A DNA stretch of 63,974 nucleotides, counting the filler, from an uncultured Myxococcia bacterium (lineage in GTDB: Bacteria; CAZTWC01), in NCBI GenBank assembly GCA_964617105.1. It is 18 parts of 18 records of this genome, joined end to end, with 100 filler letters (N's around TTAATTAATTAA, not from the genome) between each part and the next. Parts side by side here need not be neighbours in the genome. Positions count along the whole stretch, not along the records: positions 7,720 to 11,475 come from CAZTWC010000348.1; positions 11,576 to 15,322 come from CAZTWC010000349.1; positions 15,423 to 19,164 come from CAZTWC010000350.1; positions 19,265 to 22,841 come from CAZTWC010000352.1; 14 more parts are not named here. One strand, given 5' to 3'. Below are positions 9,517 through 19,318 of the stretch, piece by piece (within the stretch, counting starts at the first letter, position 1; the number at the start of each line of letters is the position of its first letter). The notes beneath the pieces were generated by a model that was not told where the DNA came from, ran no database searches, and worked only from the letters and a program-made list of their open reading frames with translations. Made by a program: the position numbers and the translations under genes.

Positions 9517-10893
9517 CTATTGCTGACAATATTTTTCCACACGTTCAAGTAGATTTTCCAGTTTTGGGGCAAATTTGTTGGCATCACGAGGTTTATAACG
9601 ACTAGACTCTTTCAAACCGGCGTGATTTATGTCATTTCTAAATGGAGTAAGAGTAGTAAAAACTTTTTTCAGGCCTAAAATATCGTTATTTCTAAGGTAA
9701 CCTAAAATTCTATTGGCTATCTCTTTTTGTTTTCCAGCATCACCAGTCCATTTTTCGGGACTAATATTCATTGAAATTATTGAAAAACATGATGAGGCAA
9801 TATTCCTATAGGATTCTTTTTTATAGTCCAATTGACAATCATCAAGTACCTTGTTTATAATAATTTCCTGCAAAAGAGTTATTCCCTGCTGAATTAGATT
9901 ATTTTCGACACACCACCTCACGGCTTTAAGGCCATTTTGAAATCCCTCATTTTCCTTGAATCCATCTAACTTATCTTTTATTTTGTTAAATATTGGCTCA
10001 AGAGGTTTGATTGAAAAAGAACCCGATTTGATCTGTTTATTTATATCTTCGAGCATTCTTTTCATCCTGGAAAATTCTCTGCCCTCGACAATATTTTTAC
10101 CGCGAACACAGGAAAATTGACCGGTGATCTCCATTAGCAGATTGGCAAATTCCTTCATTTTATTCGCCAGCGAATCTGCACCCTTTGATTTTGATAAAAC
10201 GGGGTTAATTTTATCTCTTGTTAGTTCGGCAATTCGGTTGGCATTTCCAAGATTAACAAAATTATCTGCCGCCACACTCCACTCCTGAAGTTTGGAAAAT
10301 GCTGTCAAATCTAAAATATTGGCGTTCCGTCCTGACATTGGTTTTTTTTCTACTTCCGCCCTTGTCCCAAGTTTTTCAAAGGCCCCATAATAGATACCTT
10401 CTACAGTAATATTTTTTAAAGATTTAGCATAATTTAATAAGACCATACCCAACATGGGAATTGAACGGAAAGCGTGGGTAATATCGAGGATTATCTCATC
10501 TTTTTCGCACACGGACTCAAATACAGTTGCAAATATTTGCCAGACCTCCTCTTCTGAATATCCTTCTACAATATCGACACCCTTCACAGAACAATCAAAA
10601 TTAAGACTATTTAGGCATTTGTGCAATCCCTGCTGTCCTTTTGATGAAAAGTCATCAGTTCTGCCAGTTTTTTTGTCGAACCAGTTTATTTGCTTAGCCT
10701 TCTTGGTAAGAAAAATAACTATCCTGTCATCCTGACCCCAATTACCACAAAATATTTTTGCCATTGCTTCCTGCACAAATCGAACGTTCTCCTCTTTTTT
10801 TTTGCCAAAGACATAATTACAGGGCAAATAGTCATTTGTGCCAAGAAAACTAATAAATAATTTTGCCATTAGTGTAATGCTCCTTTCACTCAA
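9517..10893 (-). CDS. csx1: Csx1/Csm6-type CARF-HEPN ribonuclease (TM1812/TIGR02221 family)
   Basis: CARF motifs ISFLGTNDY, DITHAFRSIPM, YYGAFE and DLT; C-terminal HEPN RxxxxH motif RNDINH; directly upstream of cas10. Likely start MAKLFISF at 10869. Confidence 0.9.
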   Translation of the reverse strand: MSERSITLMAKLFISFLGTNDYLPCNYVFGKKKEENVRFVQEAMAKIFCGNWGQDDRIVIFLTKKAKQINWFDKKTGRTDDFSSKGQQGLHKCLNSLNFDCSVKGVDIVEGYSEEEVWQIFATVFESVCEKDEIILDITHAFRSIPMLGMVLLNYAKSLKNITVEGIYYGAFEKLGTRAEVEKKPMSGRNANILDLTAFSKLQEWSVAADNFVNLGNANRIAELTRDKINPVLSKSKGADSLANKMKEFANLLMEITGQFSCVRGKNIVEGREFSRMKRMLEDINKQIKSGSFSIKPLEPIFNKIKDKLDGFKENEGFQNGLKAVRWCVENNLIQQGITLLQEIIINKVLDDCQLDYKKESYRNIASSCFSIISMNISPEKWTGDAGKQKEIANRILGYLRNNDILGLKKVFTTLTPFRNDINHAGLKESSRYKPRDANKFAPKLENLLERVEKYCQQ

Positions 10894-11293
10894 TAATGTC
10901 CTTCAACCTTTTATATTTTCTAAAACAAACATGCTTGAAATGGTGATATGTTTCAATACTGCCATCCTTACCATATTTTTCCTTATACGTTCTATAAGAG
11001 GTGGAATAAATTGGCTGCAAACCATTTCTCAACGACCAATCTACCAGAGAAAACACCAAACCAAAGTCTCCCTGGATTAATGCATAATCACCTCTATTTG
11101 CCTGTGCTTTTATCCAAATGACAACTGCTTCGACAGTTTTACGTGGAAAGGGTGGGTTGGGATCAAGGTTGGAAAACTCTTTTTGGAGTTGTTCAGGCAA
11201 ATAAATAAATTCAGTTATTTGCCATTTATCCCTCAATTCCAACTTCTGGTATTTGGTGAGTTTATGACTAAAAAGAAGAAATATTGTTGGCAA
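10886..11293 (-). CDS. csx20: CRISPR-associated Csx20 family protein (putative ring nuclease)
   Basis: Motifs LLFSHKLT.Q, GDYALIQGDFG, PIYSTSYR and F.HVCFRKY match the Csx20 pattern; first gene of the csx1-cas10 unit. Confidence 0.82.
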   Translation of the reverse strand: MPTIFLLFSHKLTKYQKLELRDKWQITEFIYLPEQLQKEFSNLDPNPPFPRKTVEAVVIWIKAQANRGDYALIQGDFGLVFSLVDWSLRNGLQPIYSTSYRTYKEKYGKDGSIETYHHFKHVCFRKYKRLKDIIE

Positions 11294-11436
11294 TTTTGGC
11301 TCCGCCTAAAGTGGATTTTGGTAATAATTATCATGCTAATTTTCATGAAAATAATACTGGAAATATCATTTTTTATCAGCCTAAATCGTTTCTTTTTTAG
11401 TTATTTGCATCAAAAACTAATGCCGTTCTCTAAAAT

Positions 11437-11454
11437 GTGTACAAATCTGTACAC
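11437..11454. promoter_or_regulatory. Perfect inverted repeat GTGTACA-N4-TGTACAC, possible regulator site upstream of the cas operon
   Basis: Palindrome read directly in the AT-rich region ~145 bp upstream of csx20; function inferred. Confidence 0.4.
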
Positions 11455-11575
11455 GGCTTAGTTCCTGCTTCATCGNNNNNNNNNNNNNNNNNNNNNNNNN
11501 NNNNNNNNNNNNNNNNNNNTTAATTAATTAANNNNNNNNNNNNNNNNNNNNNNNNNNNNNNNNNNNNNNNNNNNN

Positions 11576-12453
11576 TGGGAAGAGTTTATTGGTTACGCGG
11601 AGATTTTAAATCCGCCATGACTTACTACTCCAGCAGCCTGGAAATCTTTAAAAAAATTGGGGATATTCACGGTATCAGCCAATGCTATAACAATATGGGG
11701 ATTATTTCCGATTTAACCGGCAACTTTAAAAGGGCCATTGATTATTATAAGCAAAGCCTGGAGATGAGAGAGCAGATAGGTGATGTTGACGGTATTGCCA
11801 TGAACTATAATAACCTGGGCCTGATCTATTTCAACCAGGGAAATTTTACCAATGCCATAAAATATTATAATAAAAGCCTGGAACTATTTATCCGGCTGGG
11901 CAATAACTACCGAATTGCTACGCTCTATAACAATTTAGGTGAAGTGTACTGCGAACAGGGTAACCATCCCCAGGCCATCTCCTTTTTAGAACGTGCCATA
12001 GATATCTGCCTTAGTATTAATGCCAGACAATTTTTACCCGACCCCTACCGGATACTGGCAGAAGTATTCCTCTCCCTTGGTCAACTCGACCGAACAAATA
12101 ATTTTTGTCAAACTTCTCTGGAGATAGCCCTAAAAATCGGCAGCCGAGAGTATGAAGCCATTGTCTATCGGGTCATGGGAGAACTATTCTTTCACCAGGA
12201 GGAGTGGGAAACCAGCAGTGAATATTTTGAGAAGAGCATTAGAATGCTACTGGATTTAGGATTAAAAATTGAATTGGGTAAAACCTATTACTCTTACGCT
12301 GTCGCCCTGAAAGAGTTGCGGCATCTACCGTCCCCAAAAAAGGTGCAAAAAGATCTAAAAACCAAGTCGAGATTGTATTTACAAGAGGCGCTGGAGATAT
12401 TTAAACAGATAGACAATTTAAAAATGCTGTCCAAAATTAAAAACGCGCTCTAA
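11576..12453 (+). CDS. TPR-repeat protein, 5' truncated
   Basis: Tandem repeats of the type IAMNYNNLGLIYFNQGNFTNAIKYYNKSLE; frame open to the contig edge. Confidence 0.9.
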
Positions 12454-12473
12454 GCATCTTAAAAAAAAAAATT

Positions 12474-13940
12474 ATGCCAGAGTTATTTGGTAAATATAAA
12501 CTGGAAAAACTATTAGCCACCGGAGGGATGGCGGAGGTCTTTCTGGCCAGGGTACAGGGAGAATCGGGATTTGAAAAAGAGTTGGTCATAAAAAGAATCT
12601 TACCTCACCTTAACCGAAATCGACAATTTGTGGAGATGTTTATCCAGGAGGCAAAAATAGCCGCCCTTCTGGTTCATTCCAATATCACACAGGTATTTGA
12701 CTTCGGATCTATAGACAATCATCATTATATTGCCATGGAATACGTAGAAGGGATGGATCTGAACCGTATATTGAATTTAACCAGAAATCAGAGCATTAAA
12801 CTGGAGCCCCACCTGGCTGCATTTATTTGTGCCCAGGCAGCCGCCGGCCTGGCTTACGCCCACAAAAAAAAACTGAAAGGCAAACCTTTAAACATTATCC
12901 ATCGTGATATCAGTCCTCAAAATATTTTGATCTCTTTTCACGGAGAGGTCAAAGTGACCGATTTTGGCATTGCCAAAACTTTTTTCTCCACCTCTTACAC
13001 TGAAACCGGCCAGGTGAGGGGAAAAATTTCTTATATGGCACCAGAGCAAGCCCGAGGAGAAGAGATGGATATGCGCAGCGATATCTATTCATTGGGCCTG
13101 GTGCTTTGGGAAATGCTGACCAACCAAAAAGCGGTGCAGGCAAATTTTCGAGCCGAAGCGATGCAGCATGTACAAACGCCGTCTGTAAATCCTCCATCAA
13201 CTTTCAATCCTGACCTGGGTAGTCTTTGGGATAATGTTACCACCAAAGCACTGGCGCCCAAAAAAGAGATGCGCTTTCAGGGCATGGATGAATTCAAGAC
13301 CAATATCAGTCAAAATATGACCACCCTGGGTTTTTATCCCGATAATAGTGAACTGGCAATATTTATTAACAAACTAGCCCAAATGCCAGAACCCGCCAGG
13401 GAAACCTTGTCCATGGCTGTGGATATGGAGAAGAGTTCTCAATCAGACTCGAAAAACTCAAAGGACAAAAAAATCCTACCGCTTAAAAAATTGCTCCCCG
13501 CCATGTTATTATTGATTGCAGCAACTCTGGCTATCAACTTCCATCATTTTTCACTTGCCCCAAAAAAAGAGCCACAAACTACTGGCCAGGAAATTATACC
13601 GGTAGAGTCTAAAAATACTAGATTACCACCTGAAATCCAGATTTCGCCAGGAACACAACTATTTCAAAGGAAAAAAATCGGAAAAAGTCGAACTGCGCCA
13701 GGAGCTAAGGGTTCTATTTTACCTATGGGTCAGGTCAACTTTGATATCTGGCCCTGGGGTCAGGTCTTTCTAAAAGGTAAATTACTGGTCGAAGCCCCTG
13801 CCAAAGGGGTTATGCTGCCTCCAGGTCACTACCGTTTTCTAATTATCAACCCGGCCATGAAAAAAAAGAGGTGGGTAAACTTAAAAGTGGAAAAAGGCAA
13901 AACCAAAACCATTAAACACCAGTTTGAAAAGTTGCGGTAA
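12474..13940 (+). CDS. Membrane-anchored Hanks-type Ser/Thr protein kinase (myxobacterial style)
   Basis: Motifs LATGGMAEVF, VIKRIL, HRDISPQN, DFGIAK, YMAPEQ and SDIYSLG; a TM helix then a PEGA-like C-terminus (PWGQVFLKG...LPPGHY). Confidence 0.94.
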   Translation: MPELFGKYKLEKLLATGGMAEVFLARVQGESGFEKELVIKRILPHLNRNRQFVEMFIQEAKIAALLVHSNITQVFDFGSIDNHHYIAMEYVEGMDLNRILNLTRNQSIKLEPHLAAFICAQAAAGLAYAHKKKLKGKPLNIIHRDISPQNILISFHGEVKVTDFGIAKTFFSTSYTETGQVRGKISYMAPEQARGEEMDMRSDIYSLGLVLWEMLTNQKAVQANFRAEAMQHVQTPSVNPPSTFNPDLGSLWDNVTTKALAPKKEMRFQGMDEFKTNISQNMTTLGFYPDNSELAIFINKLAQMPEPARETLSMAVDMEKSSQSDSKNSKDKKILPLKKLLPAMLLLIAATLAINFHHFSLAPKKEPQTTGQEIIPVESKNTRLPPEIQISPGTQLFQRKKIGKSRTAPGAKGSILPMGQVNFDIWPWGQVFLKGKLLVEAPAKGVMLPPGHYRFLIINPAMKKKRWVNLKVEKGKTKTIKHQFEKLR

Positions 13941-14231
13941 ATCCGATTTGCTAATTTGGAATGGATTACACCGCCCTGGGAGATACAGGGTTGTTTTTTC
14001 CTACCCAGTGTCATTTTTTTGCCACATTTACCAGTTAGTTATAACTCCAGCCTTAAAATTGCCCGGAAGAGAGCATGATTCCGCCTGGATAATCACTTGT
14101 CATTTCAGTATGTTATGTCGCAATCCTACCTTTTTTTTACCTATAATGTGTTTTTTGGCAAAAAAATTGCATATTAATCCTTGTGGGAATAAATTTTTCT
14201 ATAATCTACCACAGAGGTTAGGGGATAAATC

Positions 14232-14399
14232 ATGAAAAAAGAAATCTGTCCGGTTTGCCAAAAAACTTATATCGGCTGGAGTGAAATTATCTTTTGCCCT
14301 TGTGGCTGGAAAAAAACCAAAAGCCGGCATGACAAATCAAGCGGCATGAATAAGCGAAGTACTACTCCGAGCCGTAGGTATGAAGCCCGCTCCCAGTAA
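14232..14399 (+). CDS. Putative 55-aa zinc-ribbon small protein
   Basis: Hand translation MKKEICPVCQKTYIGWSEIIFCPCGWKKTK...; G-rich RBS-like GGGGGA upstream; below the ORF-track cutoff. Confidence 0.5.
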   Translation: MKKEICPVCQKTYIGWSEIIFCPCGWKKTKSRHDKSSGMNKRSTTPSRRYEARSQ

Positions 14400-15322
14400 G
14401 GCCCAAATTTACCCCCAGGTAGGTAAAGATCACCATTAAAAACCCTACCACAGCAATTATGGCCGAAGGCCGCCCTACCCATCCCCTGGTTATTCTGGTA
14501 TGTAAATAGAGAGCATAGATAGTCCAGGTTATTAGCGACCAGGTTTCTTTTGGATCCCACCCCCAATATCTTCCCCAGGAATAGTGAGCCCAAATAGCGC
14601 CAGTTACTATCACCAGCAGTAAAAGGGGAAAAGCCACCAGGATCATCCGGTAGGAAAAGAGATCTAAGGTTTGCAATTCAGGAAGCCGTTTTATCAGCAC
14701 GTCCAGTTTGAACTCCACCAGCAGGTAAAATCCCATCACGCCCCACAGCACCAAAAACAGCACCAGGTCGTAGGGATTAGAGTGCATAGAGAAATGCCAG
14801 GGGCCGGAAATCCCCCTGGGCATGAACTGGGAAACAACTTTTTCATCCAGAGACAACCCCTGGGTACTGGTTATAAAATAGAGCAACCACAATAAAAACA
14901 GGGTATGAAAAGCAAAGGCCGTCAAGGTAAGGGTACGGGCCATTTTGGTAGTATAGCCAGAAATATCTTTCCTGATTCCCAGGGCTTTTAGTTTGGTAAA
15001 TTTATAAATAGTAACCGCCAGGTAGGCCACCACCGTTAAAATCATTAAAACACCGGCACCAGGCACTGGGTGTCGAAACAGGGACATACCATTTCCCCTG
15101 CCAGTAGATGCCAAAATTCTGGTTTCTTGAGCATCCACATAACCCATTAGAGTCATCTTGTATTGAAAATTAAACCACAGGTCTTCTCCCCGGCCCATTA
15201 AAAAGAGGATAACGAAAATACCGCCGCAGAGAAAAAGGCCAATACCGTATTGGTTGCCGCTCTCCCTGAGCAGGTAGAAATAGGCAAAAACCGCCGCCAA
15301 ACAGAAACCAGCGTAAGAGATT
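14362..15322 (-). CDS. ccsA: Cytochrome c biogenesis protein CcsA/CcsB (system II), 5' truncated
   Basis: WWD domain GAIWAHYSWGRYWGWDPKETWSLITW, YLHTR and C-terminal GLHTYG. Confidence 0.9.
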
Positions 15323-15422
15323 NNNNNNNNNNNNNNNNNNNNNNNNNNNNNNNNNNNNNNNNNNNNTTAATTAATTAANNNNNNNNNNNNNNNNNNNNNN
15401 NNNNNNNNNNNNNNNNNNNNNN

Positions 15423-16270
15423 ATACCAAATTAGATGAATATTCAGACGAAGAGATGGCCAGGCTGATTGTTGATGCCATGAAAACACCGGAGGGGTTAA
15501 ACACCATTGCCGCCGCCATCGGCCCGCCGATTGCTTCAGAGATTCAGCGCACTGAGATTACCTCACGGTTATTGACCCGCCACAAGTTAGCCCCGGGAGT
15601 AGAACCTCTATATGTTAAAAAGCCGATGGTCAAAGCCTATTGGATTGATGAAAGCGGCCAGGCGATGGCGTCTGATTTGAAAAAACGTAAAGTCAGGTTT
15701 CCCACCTACAAGGTCCACACCATGCCCATGGTTTACAAGGATGATTTAAAGCACGGCAACATGATCTCCTTAAATGAAATCCAGAAGATGGCGGGGGCGG
15801 CGATTCGTAAAAAGATAGACAAAAGGACAGTCAGGGTAATTAGCGCTGCAGTGCCAAAGGAAAACACTATTACTGTCACAGGCGGCAAACTTACTGAAAA
15901 TGCCCTTAACGAGGCGATGGCGATTTTGGAAGACCAGGAGTTGGAGGTCAAGACCATTGTGCTGCGAGGCAAGCGACGCACCGATATCAAGGGGTGGGAT
16001 TTTGACCCTGTTACCGACCGGGAATTTAATCAAAAAGGGGTGTTTAAAGCCTATGGCGGCGCAGAGATCTTGTTCTCTTCGGTAATGCCGGAAGACGAGG
16101 TGTTTGTTTTGCCCAACGAAGAGTTCGGCCGGTATCCCATCCGGGAGGAGTTGACATCAGAGACCATCAACGAGGTAAAAAGATTTCGGATTGGCTGGCT
16201 GGTGTGGATGCAGGTGGGTCAGGGGATAACCCGGCCTGATATTATTTCCAAAATTAAAATACTGCCATAA
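15423..16270 (+). CDS. Putative major capsid protein (HK97 fold)
   Basis: First gene of the structural cluster, ~280 aa, with frame open to the contig edge (TKLDEYSDEEMARL). C-terminal GWLVWMQVGQGITRPDIISKIKI resembles HK97-fold capsid ends. Confidence 0.72.
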
Positions 16271-16291
16271 CGAAAAAAGGGGGCTATCGCA

Positions 16292-16489
16292 ATGCCGAAA
16301 GTAAAAAATCTATCTGACACGATTTTAATTATTCCCAGGGCCACAGATGGTGAGGATTTGAAGTTCAATCCCTTGCAGGAGATTGATGTTGCGAAAATAA
16401 CCGATTCTATCGAGAGGGCGGAGAGTTTGGGCTATGTCAAAATCAGCCAGAAAACCACGCCCGCTAAAAAGGCGGATGATAAGAAGTAA
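16292..16489 (+). CDS. Small phage head-associated protein
   Basis: 65-aa ORF after the capsid gene with a purine-rich RBS; position is typical. Confidence 0.6.
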   Translation: MPKVKNLSDTILIIPRATDGEDLKFNPLQEIDVAKITDSIERAESLGYVKISQKTTPAKKADDKK

Positions 16490-16494
16490 TGTGA

Positions 16495-17040
16495 TTGGGA
16501 ACCGGCGCAGGAGAGGTAATAGTAATGGCAATAGCAACAGCACCAGAGGAGAAAATGGGGACTATCAAAGGGGAGACCATCAAAGAGATAATCGATGATC
16601 TGCGCCTGGACGCCGGCGATGATTCTTTGAGTGAGGCTGTGACCGAGCGGGCCATAATGAGGGCACTGGCGGTTATAAACGCCGATGTTGGGGCTTCTTA
16701 TCAGGTAGTTAGCCATGACTCCCAAAATGAGATGAACCAGCCCAATGACATAATCGAGCCAGAAATGGCCACGTTGCATCGTGAGTTGTTGCTTCTGCAG
16801 GCCCTGGCCCATCTGGTGCGGATAAAGAGGTATGCCAATGATGTGACCGTTTCCTTTAAAAGCGGAGATAAGTCAGTGACCCGGACAGCCAACAATTGGC
16901 AGGATTTGGAGAAGGTCCTTTTGGGAGAATACCAGCGGCTCCTCAATACCGTAGCATCCCAAGACAGTCAGGCTCAGGTATCGAACGACATAATTATCCT
17001 GGATGTAAAACCAGGTTCTTACAAGCGGGAGATTGTTTAG
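16495..17040 (+). CDS. Putative head-tail adaptor/connector protein
   Basis: Position plus helical pattern (IIDDLRLDAGD...RALAVIN; SFKSGDKSVTR). The true start may be 16555, after GAGGAG. Confidence 0.55.
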   Translation: MGTGAGEVIVMAIATAPEEKMGTIKGETIKEIIDDLRLDAGDDSLSEAVTERAIMRALAVINADVGASYQVVSHDSQNEMNQPNDIIEPEMATLHRELLLLQALAHLVRIKRYANDVTVSFKSGDKSVTRTANNWQDLEKVLLGEYQRLLNTVASQDSQAQVSNDIIILDVKPGSYKREIV

Positions 17041-17043
17041 CAA

Positions 17044-17433
17044 ATGGTGGTTTTGAATAAAAGCGACAGAGAAAAAGTGAAAGCGGATGTTCAGACGATT
17101 ATCGAGGCATCGGGCGAGAAAGCCAAAATACTCCGGCCTGTCTATATTGGCCGGGATACTTTTGCCGGAAAAAGAAGAAAAGAGATCCATGACATTGGCG
17201 AGTTTCCCATTGAGGTAGTCCATTTGTCGGCTGAGGATATCCAAACCACGGGCCATGATCTGTTTATCCATTTTATTCCTGATGTGGATATCCGGGAAGG
17301 TGACATTGTTGACCATCACGGTATCCATTACCGGGTGACTGATATAGTGCCGCATAACTTTTTTGGCACTTTGACTTATCAGGAGGCCCATCTAAAACGG
17401 GACGAGAGAGAAGGGAGTGGTGAACGTGAATAA
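17044..17433 (+). CDS. Putative head-closure protein
   Basis: Position and beta-rich motif DVDIREGDIVDHHGIHYRVTDI. Confidence 0.6.
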   Translation: MVVLNKSDREKVKADVQTIIEASGEKAKILRPVYIGRDTFAGKRRKEIHDIGEFPIEVVHLSAEDIQTTGHDLFIHFIPDVDIREGDIVDHHGIHYRVTDIVPHNFFGTLTYQEAHLKRDEREGSGERE

Positions 17434-17830
17434 ATTTTTACGGGTAAACATTGACATTAAAGCGTTGGAACAGTTTGGCAAAGGGCTTCGTCAATACCGG
17501 AGAGATTTGGAAAAGGCACTGAAAAAGGCGATGGAAAAGACGGTTCTGGAAATAGAGGCGGAGGCCAAAAAGCGCTGTCCCGTCGATACTGGACGGCTCA
17601 GAGCATCGATAAATCCCAAGGTAAAAAGCCCGACTGAGGGCTCGGTGGGCACCAATGTTGAATACGCCAAATATGTTGAGTACGGCACCCGGCGCCGGGG
17701 TAATCATCCCGGGATGAGGGCGCAGCCCTTTTTAGAGCCGGCATTTATCGCTGGTAAAAAGAAAGCGAAAAAATATTTTGATGAGGCTTTTGACGGGCTG
17801 GCTGACTTTTTACAGCGCAAAATAGGGTGA
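17417..17830 (+). CDS. HK97-gp10 family phage morphogenesis protein
   Basis: Motif AKKRCPVDTGRLRASI...VGTNVEYAKYVEYGT...MRAQPFLEPA. Confidence 0.9.
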   Translation: MVNVNKFLRVNIDIKALEQFGKGLRQYRRDLEKALKKAMEKTVLEIEAEAKKRCPVDTGRLRASINPKVKSPTEGSVGTNVEYAKYVEYGTRRRGNHPGMRAQPFLEPAFIAGKKKAKKYFDEAFDGLADFLQRKIG

Positions 17831-17908
17831 GCATCAGGCCGTGGAACAAGGATTGAAAAAGCACGAATTGATATAGCACAGATTGGTAAAGCAAGGAGTG
17901 GTGACAGA

Positions 17909-18526
17909 GTGATTTTAAAACTCAAGCGGGCTGTTGCCAACATAATCGAACAGGAAATAGCGGGGGTGCGTTGCTACAGCGATGAGATGGCCAATGAATA
18001 CAAACGATATCCCTGTATTTATATCACCGAGATTCAGCGGGATCGGACGCCGCTTGGTTGCGGTCGGCAGAACTATGTTCGCCGCGATCCTTCAAATACA
18101 GTAACAGGAGGTGGCAAAATAGTCGAGCACTCCACCTATTTGCGGCTTTTGGTAGAGGCGGATGGCAGTGAAGATGAGTCTGCCACCGAACAGGCCCACC
18201 GGATTGAAAAGAGGATCGGAGAGGTGTTTATCGGGTTAGTCGAGGGCGATAAAAAAACTTCTTTGGTTGATCCTGTAACCGGCGTTGACCTGGAAGTGGT
18301 TGGCATTCGTTTTGACAGCAGTATGGATTTGGGAGTGGTAACTCACTCTGAGCCTTTTAAATACCGGCGTTCTGTGACCTTCAAGTTTACTCACAGGGAA
18401 TACCTGGAGAAAGAGGTGGAACACACCATTGACAATGTCAGGGTCAGTTATGCTGGTAGTGATGTAGCCGGTGATGCAAGAGATCATAAAAGAGGTGATG
18501 CAGGAGGTGATAAAAATGACAAGTAA
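17909..18526 (+). CDS. Putative tail terminator/completion protein
   Basis: Position between gp10 and sheath; YPCIYITE motif. Confidence 0.55.
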   Translation: MILKLKRAVANIIEQEIAGVRCYSDEMANEYKRYPCIYITEIQRDRTPLGCGRQNYVRRDPSNTVTGGGKIVEHSTYLRLLVEADGSEDESATEQAHRIEKRIGEVFIGLVEGDKKTSLVDPVTGVDLEVVGIRFDSSMDLGVVTHSEPFKYRRSVTFKFTHREYLEKEVEHTIDNVRVSYAGSDVAGDARDHKRGDAGGDKNDK

Positions 18527-18779
18527 AAAGAGAAAAGATGACACCATCACCCGGCAGCCCTTTTTAGAGTTGGCCAAACAGCAGAACATTGCCCGGCCTT
18601 TGGCTGCGGCCCTGAAAGAGGCTTATAACTGGACCGATTCCACCATGCTGACCATTGATGAGTTGTGCGAGGGTATGACCCGGTGGCTGGGGATTAAAAA
18701 CCAGTCCGATGTTGGTGACAAATTTGTTGTCACCGGCGGTTCCAAAGAAGATCTTCCTACCAAGGAGGGGGCAAAATGA
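18516..18779 (+). CDS. Small phage hypothetical protein
   Basis: Strong RBS GGAGGTGA before ATG 18516; stop overlaps the sheath start (ATGA). Confidence 0.55.
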   Translation: MTSKKRKDDTITRQPFLELAKQQNIARPLAAALKEAYNWTDSTMLTIDELCEGMTRWLGIKNQSDVGDKFVVTGGSKEDLPTKEGAK

Positions 18780-19164
18780 AACGGCAGATTGTCCCCAATG
18801 TATATGCAGAGTATGAAGATGGCCGGTTGGGAATGACTGGTATGGGCCTGGCCAATGTAGAGGCCAAGATAGGGGCAGCCAAAGGTGGTGTGCCGGGTAA
18901 ACTCTATGTGCTCTCTGGCGCCAAGGCCAAGACCAACGCCAATTTGATATTTAAGGGCGGGCCGCTGCTGAGGGCTATTGAGGAAGCCTTTGATGCTGGT
19001 TCATCCACCATCTATGCCTGGCGGATCGGGGAGGCTAAATACGCTGAGTTGGTGCTGAATGACGCTGCTGGCAAGCCTTCCATCAAACTGAGAGCAGCCG
19101 AGCCTGGCTCCTATTGGAACAACTTTGATGTTCAGGTTACCGTTAGCAATGATCCGGCCAAACC
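18776..19164 (+). CDS. Phage tail sheath protein N-terminus, 3' truncated
   Basis: VPNVYAEYEDG...IGAAKGG...FKGGPLLRAIEEAFDAGSSTIYAWRIG...AAEPGSYWNNFDVQVT, a typical sheath N-terminal pattern. Confidence 0.78.
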
Positions 19165-19274
19165 NNNNNNNNNNNNNNNNNNNNNNNNNNNNNNNNNNNN
19201 NNNNNNNNTTAATTAATTAANNNNNNNNNNNNNNNNNNNNNNNNNNNNNNNNNNNNNNNNNNNNTGCCTATCTA

Positions 19275-19318
19275 CAACTATTGATTACTCTTGGGATCCT
19301 GGACATGTCGATTGGCTC
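19275..19318 (-). repeat. 44-bp repeat, copy 1: probable end of an unidentified multicopy element inserted in the IS66 transposase
   Basis: Reverse complement GAGCCAATCGACATGTCCAGGATCCCAAGAGTAATCAATAGTTG is identical to 55080-55123; both copies are at contig ends. Confidence 0.85.

Larger units (their letters stand above)
15423..19164 (+). mobile_element. Prophage or phage-derived virion structural cluster (capsid to contractile tail sheath); fills the whole contig
   Basis: Eight co-oriented ORFs in the canonical order capsid, small protein, adaptor, closure, HK97-gp10, terminator, small protein, sheath. Confidence 0.85.

Noticed and set aside
11404-11425. Sigma54 promoter upstream of csx20 (GGCA...TGC on the minus strand)
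   Set aside because: Spacing does not fit GG-N10-GC.
18470-18517. Imperfect 24-bp tandem duplication (GGTGATGCAAGAGATCATAAAAGA / GGTGATGCAGGAGGTGATAAAAAT) as a regulatory or frameshift signal
   Set aside because: Only two degenerate copies around an RBS; most simply a local duplication. It explains the spurious upstream start at 18471.
7720-19164. CRISPR genes, kinase and phage genes as one defence or prophage island
   Set aside because: They lie on three different contigs ordered only by length.
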